Source: an uncultured virus (IMG/VR IMGVR_UViG_3300003815_000003) (Duplodnaviria; Heunggongvirae; Uroviricota; Caudoviricetes). From it: a stretch of 64,000 nucleotides of DNA. Positions 19,571-26,901 of the stretch are shown here, piece after piece. The translations under genes and the position numbers were made by a program. The notes under the pieces were generated by a model, which did no database searches, was not told the origin of the DNA, and saw only the letters and a program-made list of their open reading frames with translations. The stretch is from the IMG/VR virus record IMGVR_UViG_3300003815_000003. The stretch is one strand, 5' to 3'. Every line of letters starts with the position of its first letter. Position 1 is the stretch's first letter.

Positions 19571-20237
19571 AAATATCTTCCTAGTACGTCATGGTCAAAG
19601 CGAAGGCAATGTTGATAAAGAAATTTATAAAACAAAGCCAGATTACACTTTACAATTAACTGACCTGGGAAAAGAACAAGCCAGAGATGTTGGAAGTAAG
19701 TTGAAAGAAATTATTGGAGAGAAGAATGTTTGTTTTTATATTTCTCCTTATTGGAGAACTAGGCAAACAGCAGAACAGATTAAGAAAGCATTCACTTATT
19801 CTAATCAAATTTGGCATTCTTTTGAGGATGTTAGGTTACGGGAACAAGAGTGGGGGAACCACATCTCTTCTGGATTTAATGAGAAGTATGAAGAGATGCG
19901 AGAAGCATACGGATCATTTTATTGGAGTTTTCCTAATGGGGAAAGTTGTGCAGCAGTATTTGATCGTACTTCGGATTTCCTTTCGACAATGTATCGGGAT
20001 TTTGACAAATTTAATTTCCCTAGAAATGCTATTATTGTAACGCATGGAATGACGATGCGGGTGTTTCTGATGCGTTGGTTTCATATGACAGTGGAAGATT
20101 TTGAATTATTGGCTAATCCTGATAATTGTGATTATTATCATTTACAACTACAAAGTGATGGCAAATATAAGTTGTTGACAGAACCAAAAAAGTATGATAA
20201 ACATACGCACAATTATCAATATCGAGCCGAGGAATAA
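19560..20237 (+). CDS. histidine phosphatase (phosphoglycerate mutase superfamily)
   Basis: LVRHGQS, SPYWRTRQT, LREQEWG, GES, IVTHG. Confidence 0.92.
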   Translation: MKPENIFLVRHGQSEGNVDKEIYKTKPDYTLQLTDLGKEQARDVGSKLKEIIGEKNVCFYISPYWRTRQTAEQIKKAFTYSNQIWHSFEDVRLREQEWGNHISSGFNEKYEEMREAYGSFYWSFPNGESCAAVFDRTSDFLSTMYRDFDKFNFPRNAIIVTHGMTMRVFLMRWFHMTVEDFELLANPDNCDYYHLQLQSDGKYKLLTEPKKYDKHTHNYQYRAEE

Positions 20238-20413
20238 TCATGAAAAAGAAATATACTCAAGATGAATTATGGGAAGCATATCAAGCAGGTAAACAGATAG
20301 AAGTTAGTTGTCCTTGGTGGCCTAAAGATCATTGGGAAATTAAAGACAATGTTAAAACAAAATATTCTTTCTTCGTTGAAGAGTGTGAGTATAGAATTAC
20401 AGAATAAACTATT

Positions 20414-20638
20414 ATGAATAAGAATATACATCAAAAATTTCTTGATAGCCTGAAAGGCATGACAAAGAGGGATGCTATCGATGAAGTTAGTAAAGCATTA
20501 AACATGACATGTGATTGTTTTTTGTATGGAACGGTTATTTCTCGTGTTGCAAGAGATAGTATCATATTATGGCTATTAGATGGTATTGTGCAACAAGCCA
20601 ATGCGGGGGACCCTAGTCGTTTACATAAAGAAAGTTAA
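20414..20638 (+). CDS. hypothetical protein
   Basis: ORF in operon. Confidence 0.55.
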   Translation: MNKNIHQKFLDSLKGMTKRDAIDEVSKALNMTCDCFLYGTVISRVARDSIILWLLDGIVQQANAGDPSRLHKES

Positions 20639-20658
20639 ACAATAAAATAAAAAAAAAT

Positions 20659-21585
20659 ATGAATTGGAAAGACACTGTAAACGAATCAATTTTGGCATAT
20701 CCAACGCTTTATTTGAAAAATAGCTGGGAAGCAAGTGAATTTGCTGTTGCGCATCATTTCTTTATTGTTCTAGGAAATGGATTGGAATGGGCAGAAACTA
20801 AAGACCCTTTGAAAGGTGGTTATTTAACTTCCCCTAAATCATATAAACGCAATGGGGAATGGAAGAGAAAGATGGATCGTCCTTATCGAAAGAAAAGTGT
20901 AATTTCTTTAAATCCTGAGATTTTTAATCCCAAAGTTAAAAAGTATCAAGTGGGACAAGTTGATCATGAATACTCTCTAGTAACTGGACGAATTGAAATG
21001 AAAAGAAATTTTCGTTCTCGTTGCGGAAGGTCTAAACTTCTTACAGAAGAAGAATTAACTATTTTAAATGGTTTCAAGGTATTGGTTTTAAATGGAGACA
21101 AGGTTTATCTTACGAGTTATAAGAAAGATAAACATAAGGATTACGAATATGTAGCAGAAGAAATTACTAAGTGGGATTCTCTTAATGGAGGAGATGTTGC
21201 ACCATATCCTAATTTCCAGAAAACTTATTCATGTTTTTGGGAGATTGAACCGGAACTGATTAAACCAGATTGGAAAGAAGCAGGATTAAGACATTTGAAA
21301 TATTGGCAAGAATGGTTTAACAATAAAGATAATCATAAGAAATATAGTTATTGTCCTGAGAATCCCATTAATCAAAGAGAGGATAAATTGGTAGATACTC
21401 TTAAGAAATGGCATTCCGAATGGTTTAAACTTCCATCTGATGAGTTCGTGAAGAAAATACAAAAGGAATATAATTGTCCTATTTTTACTGGTGATAATTG
21501 GGACGAAATGGAAGAATATAATTGGCAAAAACATTTAGACGGTATAAAGTCTTTCTTGACAGAAACAATTGATAGGTTATCATAA
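20659..21585 (+). CDS. hypothetical protein
   Basis: 308-aa ORF. Confidence 0.7.
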   Translation: MNWKDTVNESILAYPTLYLKNSWEASEFAVAHHFFIVLGNGLEWAETKDPLKGGYLTSPKSYKRNGEWKRKMDRPYRKKSVISLNPEIFNPKVKKYQVGQVDHEYSLVTGRIEMKRNFRSRCGRSKLLTEEELTILNGFKVLVLNGDKVYLTSYKKDKHKDYEYVAEEITKWDSLNGGDVAPYPNFQKTYSCFWEIEPELIKPDWKEAGLRHLKYWQEWFNNKDNHKKYSYCPENPINQREDKLVDTLKKWHSEWFKLPSDEFVKKIQKEYNCPIFTGDNWDEMEEYNWQKHLDGIKSFLTETIDRLS

Positions 21586-21588
21586 GAA

Positions 21589-21783
21589 ATGATAGATGAA
21601 TATCTAGTTAAAGTTAATGACAAATATCAATGTTATTGCGGCCTTGGTTATGTAAACCATGTATATGCTGATAAAACATGGTTCAGTAGTGGTTGTCGAA
21701 AACGTGCAAAGGTTTTCACTAAAGCAGAAGCATTGGAATTATTCGGTAATAAGCAGAAACATTTTAAGATTGTGAAGAAATGA
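21589..21783 (+). CDS. hypothetical protein
   Basis: ORF in operon. Confidence 0.55.
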   Translation: MIDEYLVKVNDKYQCYCGLGYVNHVYADKTWFSSGCRKRAKVFTKAEALELFGNKQKHFKIVKK

Positions 21784-21971
21784 ATCATAATTCAACAGAT
21801 TGTAGAACAAAAGAAGGAATTGCAGTCGGTCTAATTGACGGAATTATTGCAATGTCAAGAGCACTTCGACGAATGGATGTAGATTTAACTGTTCCTATTA
21901 ATGAAGCATTTATTGATTTACATTCTGATGAAGATGTGAAATGGTTGATGAACGTTAGTACCTTATCATGA
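21780..21971 (+). CDS. hypothetical protein
   Basis: ATGA-coupled ORF. Confidence 0.55.
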   Translation: MNHNSTDCRTKEGIAVGLIDGIIAMSRALRRMDVDLTVPINEAFIDLHSDEDVKWLMNVSTLS

Positions 21972-22609
21972 AACTTATCGGAATAACCGGAAATATTGCA
22001 AGTGGTAAATCTACCATTTCTAAAATGATTGCCGAACATTATAATCTACCATTAATTAATGTTGATGATTTTTCTAGGAATTGGATAAATTTATATCCTC
22101 TAAAGGTTGCAACTGCTCTTGAATGCTTTGGTTTCCGAGATTCCAGTATGAATGTACTTGATAATCTTATGAAAGTGGTTTTTACAAAGGAAGCCAACTA
22201 CGTTGATCCTGAATTTAAAAATAGTTCAAGGAGTTTTAAACAATTTTTTGAAGATTTAGTCGCAGATGATTTCTGGAATTATGTTAATCATTTTATGATT
22301 CCTGAATTTTATGATGCAATGATTATTGAACATCCAATTCTATTTGAAAAAGCAGATCAAGATAAATTCGATTTCATTATCGGTGTTGATGCAACAGATG
22401 ATATTCGTGTTGACAGAATGAAGAAAAGAGGTTATAGTCCTGCAACAACAAGGCAACGCTTAAATAATCAAATTCCTCTTTATCAAAATAAAGATAATAT
22501 TGATCTTATTTTAGATAATAATATTCCCCTTACCAAAGAAGAAATCATAAATGAACTATCAAATTCCAGAGAGTTTAAAGCCCTTATATCCCAAGGTTCC
22601 TTATCATAA
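21968..22609 (+). CDS. coaE: dephospho-CoA kinase
   Basis: IGITGNIASGKST P-loop, INVDD, EHPILFE, RL..Q; adjacent to coaD-like gene. Confidence 0.8.
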   Translation: MKLIGITGNIASGKSTISKMIAEHYNLPLINVDDFSRNWINLYPLKVATALECFGFRDSSMNVLDNLMKVVFTKEANYVDPEFKNSSRSFKQFFEDLVADDFWNYVNHFMIPEFYDAMIIEHPILFEKADQDKFDFIIGVDATDDIRVDRMKKRGYSPATTRQRLNNQIPLYQNKDNIDLILDNNIPLTKEEIINELSNSREFKALISQGSLS

Positions 22610-23507
22610 TCTTGCTCATACAGAATCATTTGATTGGGAATCCTGCCCTTCCGGTAATGCATATTGGGCAGCAGTATTCCATGACTTTGTTTATAATCCT
22701 AAAGTAAAAGGATTGGAAGGTAATGAGTTAGCTTCTTATAAAGCTTTTGAATCATATATGCGTAATAAAGGGGATTATTATCTCGCTTTTCCTAATTACG
22801 ATCAAGTTAAGAAACTAATTATGTCAACAATGGATCATGTGAAATATTTTGATCCAGATGATGAGGATATGGTTTGGCTTCACACCAATGATTTATTTTG
22901 TTTTCGAGATGGGGCAAATGTATATGAAAATGAATTGAAAATCTTCAAAGAATATCAATTCACTAAATTTGATTTCTATAAGGAACGTAGATTAGAATTG
23001 TTGAAATATTATCGAAAACACCCTCTTGTTCACTCAGAAAAGATAGATGAAATTGAAAATTATTTTAGTAATTTTATTCCTCATATTGGGTTATTCGTGG
23101 GAAGCTTCAATCCGTTCACCCGTGGGCATTTTGACATTCTTCAACAAGCAGAAAAGGTATTTGATAAGGTTATTATTGCTCAAGGACAAAATGAAGAAAA
23201 GGAAACCAATAATTATTCTCTTCATAATGTAAAGGCATTGGAATATCATGAATTGGATAGTTATGAAGGAAGTTTATTTTCTTATGTGGATAGAAAGAAA
23301 AAAGAACTCGGTAATATCACATTGGTTAGAGGATTGAGGAATTATCATGACTTACATGATGAAAGCAATCTATTTAATTTTGCCAAAGATTATACTGATG
23401 TTCCTTTTGCCTACTTTATTTCTAAATCAGAAAATCTACATATTAGTAGTGGAGCCGTGAGGAAATTAATATCATTAGGAAAAGACGTAAAGGAATATCT
23501 ACCATGA
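22551..23507 (+). CDS. coaD: HD-phosphohydrolase fused to phosphopantetheine adenylyltransferase (CoaD-like)
   Basis: N-terminal YHNLAH..FHDFVY..NE..S HD domain; C-terminal GSFNPFTRGH, LVRGLR, HISSGAVR CoaD motifs. Confidence 0.82.
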   Translation: MNYQIPESLKPLYPKVPYHNLAHTESFDWESCPSGNAYWAAVFHDFVYNPKVKGLEGNELASYKAFESYMRNKGDYYLAFPNYDQVKKLIMSTMDHVKYFDPDDEDMVWLHTNDLFCFRDGANVYENELKIFKEYQFTKFDFYKERRLELLKYYRKHPLVHSEKIDEIENYFSNFIPHIGLFVGSFNPFTRGHFDILQQAEKVFDKVIIAQGQNEEKETNNYSLHNVKALEYHELDSYEGSLFSYVDRKKKELGNITLVRGLRNYHDLHDESNLFNFAKDYTDVPFAYFISKSENLHISSGAVRKLISLGKDVKEYLP

Positions 23508-23956
23508 TCGATTTTTTAACAAAACATAATACTAGAGTTAATTTTCTAGGATCAGGGAAATCTCCCGAAGAAATTTTCGAAAATATTAAAGTATATGCAC
23601 GGGAATTTACTTCTATTTCTAAACAGGAACGCATTCAAGAAGCATTAGATCAAATGGTTCGTTATAGAAATGCTTATCATTTACAAGCAATTGATTCAGT
23701 TGATATTGAAAGTTCAACAGAGCAAACCTTAAAAAGATATGATGATTATGTGAAAATGATTTCTTATTCAATTGAAGAATGGTATGATTTACGTAATAGT
23801 ATCACATGTGATATTACAGGTAAGAATATCCCTTATGACACTAATTATTTTATTTTGAATATTGATGATGGACATGATGATTGTCGTGATTTGGTTTTAT
23901 CTGTTGACGGATTGAAACAGTTGTGCGAATCTGCCTCAGAACTATTAACTAATTAA
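23504..23956 (+). CDS. hypothetical protein (paralog of next)
   Basis: CDITGKNIPYDTNY motif. Confidence 0.65.
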   Translation: MIDFLTKHNTRVNFLGSGKSPEEIFENIKVYAREFTSISKQERIQEALDQMVRYRNAYHLQAIDSVDIESSTEQTLKRYDDYVKMISYSIEEWYDLRNSITCDITGKNIPYDTNYFILNIDDGHDDCRDLVLSVDGLKQLCESASELLTN

Positions 23957-23960
23957 TTTT

Positions 23961-24389
23961 ATGAAACCGATTTTTAAAAAGCAGAATAGTAAGTTTACTC
24001 CTTATTGGAATTATTCAATAGAGGAAGAATATAAAAATAGCATGAATCGAATTGAGAAACATTTATCTATTTCTCTAGAAGAACATATTCAGCGTGCTAT
24101 AGACTTCGCGAAGTTATACTTCGTAACACCTAATATTGATCAAATTCGGGAAAATCAATCGAATCATTATCTAAGACAGCAACAACTATCGACTGCTTCT
24201 TTAGTGGAATATTATAATGCATTTTTATGCAACGTATGTAGTGTCACTGGTGAGAAAATTCCTTATGACACTGATTATTATATTCAAGTAATTCAAGAAG
24301 ATGAAAATGATCCTGAATATCTGCTTTATTCTTTGGAAGGAATGAAAGTGATGCAAAATGAAATCGACGAAATTATTAATGCCTTATAA
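23961..24389 (+). CDS. hypothetical protein (paralog of previous)
   Basis: CSVTGEKIPYDTDY motif. Confidence 0.65.
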   Translation: MKPIFKKQNSKFTPYWNYSIEEEYKNSMNRIEKHLSISLEEHIQRAIDFAKLYFVTPNIDQIRENQSNHYLRQQQLSTASLVEYYNAFLCNVCSVTGEKIPYDTDYYIQVIQEDENDPEYLLYSLEGMKVMQNEIDEIINAL

Positions 24390-24528
24390 AGAACTTATTA
24401 AAAGTTTTAAAGAAGGAAGAGAATTGCTGTATAAGTTACAAGGCCCGATTACTGATAAAATGATTGAGGATTTAGAGAATAGTCGAAAATATACATCAAT
24501 TCCCTCTCGAAAGAAAACATAAAACCTC

Positions 24529-24557
24529 TTGACTTAACTCTACTTTTGAAGTAAACT
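24529..24557 (+). promoter_or_regulatory. sigma70-type promoter of DUF2828/vWA gene
   Basis: TTGACT-N17-TAAACT, ATG 10 nt later. Confidence 0.65.
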
Positions 24558-24567
24558 CCTGACTACT

Positions 24568-26286
24568 ATGTTCAATACAAAGAAAACCCAACTATTCGTT
24601 CCTCCTGCAAAGACTCCAAAATTTAAGTCTGTTGCAGAAATTACCTCATCTCCTTCAGCAAAAACTCCTTTGCCTATTTTTGTACAATCTGCTCAAAAGA
24701 AATCATTTGAAATTCTATCTGGCAACGGAGCCTTGAAGTACTCTTCAACTGGTAATGAAGGAGTAAATCAATTCGCTAAAGTAGGATCATATAAAAAGCC
24801 TCGGCCTTTTAACGAAATTGAAAAAGATTGTGAACTTCTTTGGGCAGAAGACCCTCTTAATTCTGTTAAATTTATTCATTATCTTCGCACTATCACTCGA
24901 AAAGTTCAACTCATTGATGGTTCTGTAACTGCTGAACCTCAAAAGGGAGGAGAACTTAAACACGAAGCAATCATGCGTATGATTTGGCTTTTCACTAAAA
25001 GCCCCGACACCTTTTGGAAGAATATTGGCTGGTTTATTGCTCTTGGTTCTTGGCACGACATCTTTACCATGTTGCAATATGATCTGGTTTATAATGGATG
25101 GGAAAGTCGTGTTTTAGATTGGAACAAGATGGGAAACGTTATTCTGGTTGGTCTTGCTGATTCTCATACCTCTGAACTGGTTAAGAAGTACCTTCCACAA
25201 ATTAAAGCTAGGTCTGATTGTAAGACGGTCGAAAGTCAAGCTAATACTACAATTGGAAAGTGGATTTGTTCTCTTCTGTTTGGTCCAAAGGAAACATCTT
25301 ATAATTATAAGACTTATCGTAAACTTAAATCAGGCGGTACTGCCCATCAGTGGCAACAATTGATTTCTCAAAAGAAGTTTGATCAAATTGATTTTGGTGC
25401 AATTCATGGACGAGCATTACATCTACTTGTTCGTAGTAAGTTCCTTAAGAATCAGAATTTATCAGATAAGTTTGCTACATGGGTCAAGAAACCGGATACA
25501 GTAGTAAGATATACTGGTTTCGTTCATGAATTATTCACTAATATTCCTACTGCATTATCTGGAATGGCAGCACATGTTCGGGATACCGTGAATAAACAAT
25601 TTGATACTCTTGTTGCTAAGGGGAAAAGTGAAACAAAAGAAGATTCTTGTACTTGGCTACCTGTGCTAGACACATCTGGCTCAATGGGAGCACAATGTAC
25701 AGGAACTAATGCTTCTTGTTTAACTGTTGCTAAGTCACTGGCATTATATTTCTCAGAATTCTTGACTGGAAAGTTTATGAATTCATTTGTTGAATTTAAT
25801 ACAAAGGCAAAGATGCATACGTGGCAAGGTGCTACTCCAATTGAAAAATGGTATAATAATCGTTGTTCTCATGTAGGAAGTACTAATTTCCAAAGTGTAA
25901 TTGATTTGTACGTTGATTTAAAGAATCAAGGAATTGAAGAAGCAGAGTTTCCTACAGGAATTTTAGCAATTTCCGATTCTGAATTTAATCCTACATCTTT
26001 AGGTAAAACTAATGTGGAAGTGGCAAGGGCCAAACTTCGTCAAGCCGGTTTTTCTGATACTTTTGTAGATAAGTTCCAGATTGTTCTTTGGAATTTACAA
26101 AGTGGATATTATGGTGCAAGTACTGGGAAGAAGTTTGAAACTGGGGCAACCGAGAAAGGTACTTATTATTTTGGGGGTTTCAATGGTTCAGTTATTTCGT
26201 TCTTAACTAATCATGAAGTTAAGACACCTGCTCAATTGTTCTTACAAGCATTAGATCAGCAAGTTTTAAATTATATTGAATTGTAA
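24568..26286 (+). CDS. DUF2828-family helical domain + vWA (Ro60/TROVE-like) protein
   Basis: NGA..SSTG, GSWHDI, KKYLP, YRKL in helical N-terminal part; MIDAS DTSGS, STNF, ISDSEF, IVLWNL in vWA. Confidence 0.8.
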   Translation: MFNTKKTQLFVPPAKTPKFKSVAEITSSPSAKTPLPIFVQSAQKKSFEILSGNGALKYSSTGNEGVNQFAKVGSYKKPRPFNEIEKDCELLWAEDPLNSVKFIHYLRTITRKVQLIDGSVTAEPQKGGELKHEAIMRMIWLFTKSPDTFWKNIGWFIALGSWHDIFTMLQYDLVYNGWESRVLDWNKMGNVILVGLADSHTSELVKKYLPQIKARSDCKTVESQANTTIGKWICSLLFGPKETSYNYKTYRKLKSGGTAHQWQQLISQKKFDQIDFGAIHGRALHLLVRSKFLKNQNLSDKFATWVKKPDTVVRYTGFVHELFTNIPTALSGMAAHVRDTVNKQFDTLVAKGKSETKEDSCTWLPVLDTSGSMGAQCTGTNASCLTVAKSLALYFSEFLTGKFMNSFVEFNTKAKMHTWQGATPIEKWYNNRCSHVGSTNFQSVIDLYVDLKNQGIEEAEFPTGILAISDSEFNPTSLGKTNVEVARAKLRQAGFSDTFVDKFQIVLWNLQSGYYGASTGKKFETGATEKGTYYFGGFNGSVISFLTNHEVKTPAQLFLQALDQQVLNYIEL

Positions 26287-26301
26287 TAAGTTAAAGTTTA
26301 A

Positions 26302-26328
26302 ACTTTCCTACGAGGTACGTAGGAAAGT
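26302..26328 (+). terminator. 11-bp hairpin after the vWA gene
   Basis: ACTTTCCTACG-AGGTA-CGTAGGAAAGT; no U-tract on + strand. Confidence 0.5.
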
Positions 26329-26339
26329 GAAGAAAAGAG

Positions 26340-26368
26340 TTGACAATGATAGTATGATGGGTTAAGTT
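26340..26368 (+). promoter_or_regulatory. sigma70-type promoter for ncRNA array
   Basis: TTGACA-N17-TAAGTT; no plausible downstream ORF before the terminator. Confidence 0.75.
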
Positions 26369-26380
26369 AGTATCAAGACA

Positions 26381-26433
26381 AGAGTTCTTACAGCAAATTA
26401 TAAATTCTGCTTTATAGAAAACAAAAGAACTCT
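26381..26433 (+). ncRNA. array unit 1 (Y-RNA-like stem-closed RNA)
   Basis: AGAGTTCTT / AAGAACTCT stem enclosing ACAGCAAA and a small hairpin. Confidence 0.7.
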
Positions 26434-26437
26434 GAAA

Positions 26438-26497
26438 AAGAGACGCACAGCAAACCAATTTACCTTTGTATTCGGCACAAACAAGTAAACGTCTCTT
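26438..26497 (+). ncRNA. array unit 2
   Basis: AAGAGACG / CGTCTCTT stem enclosing ACAGCAAA and TTTAC..TTTGT-loop-ACAAA..GTAAA hairpin. Confidence 0.7.
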
Positions 26498-26502
26498 GAA
26501 CA

Positions 26503-26556
26503 AGAAATCAAACTGCAAAACAAAAATTTATTGGCAAAATAAAACAAACGATTTCT
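26503..26556 (+). ncRNA. array unit 3
   Basis: AGAAATC / GATTTCT stem enclosing ACTGCAAA and TTTATT/AATAAA hairpin. Confidence 0.65.
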
Positions 26557-26560
26557 GATA

Positions 26561-26674
26561 AGAAGACAGTCCCGCAAATATAACAAAAAATCTATGTTCA
26601 AACAGAACCGAGAGCGTTCGATTCGCTCAACTTTATAACTTGGTGTTTGGTAAAGGTCAAAAAGTTAGTCTTCT
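26561..26674 (+). ncRNA. array unit 4, with tRNA T-arm
   Basis: AGAAGAC / GTCTTCT stem enclosing CCCGCAAA and GAGCG-TTCGATT-CGCTC. Confidence 0.7.
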
Positions 26675-26678
26675 GAAA

Positions 26679-26789
26679 AGGTTTTATACTGCAAATTAAA
26701 AAGCATTTCAAGCCGTTGGTCGAAGGTTCAAGTCCTTCCTCTCTATTTTAGAGAGTAGCTCAGTTGGTAGAGCAACGTAAACAAAACCT
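26679..26789 (+). ncRNA. array unit 5, circularly permuted tRNA-like (YrlA-like) RNA
   Basis: AGGTTTT / AAAACCT stem enclosing ACTGCAAA, then T-arm GAAGG-TTCAAGT-CCTTC, closed acceptor CTCTCTA-TTT-TAGAGAG, TA, D-arm GCTC-AGTTGGTA-GAGC. Confidence 0.85.
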
Positions 26790-26798
26790 GTTAAAACG

Positions 26799-26828
26799 AA
26801 AACCGACAAGTAAAGTTGTCGGTTTTTT
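26799..26828 (+). terminator. intrinsic terminator ending the ncRNA array
   Basis: AAAACCGACAA-GTAAAG-TTGTCGGTTTTTT. Confidence 0.85.
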
Positions 26829-26901
26829 GTTGTCGAAAAAGTGGAAACAGGATGACGAAAGTGTTACAGTATCAGTCACCTGTGACTAAATAAACAAACA
26901 G

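Noticed and set aside
26291..26601. Minus-strand ORFs 26291..26518 and 26398..26601
   Set aside because: F/L/C-rich shadows of the A-rich structured RNA array, opposite to the promoter-terminator unit
26712..26777. Ordinary tRNA gene
   Set aside because: T-arm precedes D-arm, acceptor is closed by a loop, no intact anticodon arm, no CCA
26381..26790. CRISPR array or mini-array
   Set aside because: No identical direct repeats; conservation is in paired stems of differing sequence plus an 8-nt motif; unit lengths vary about twofold; no cas genes in the window
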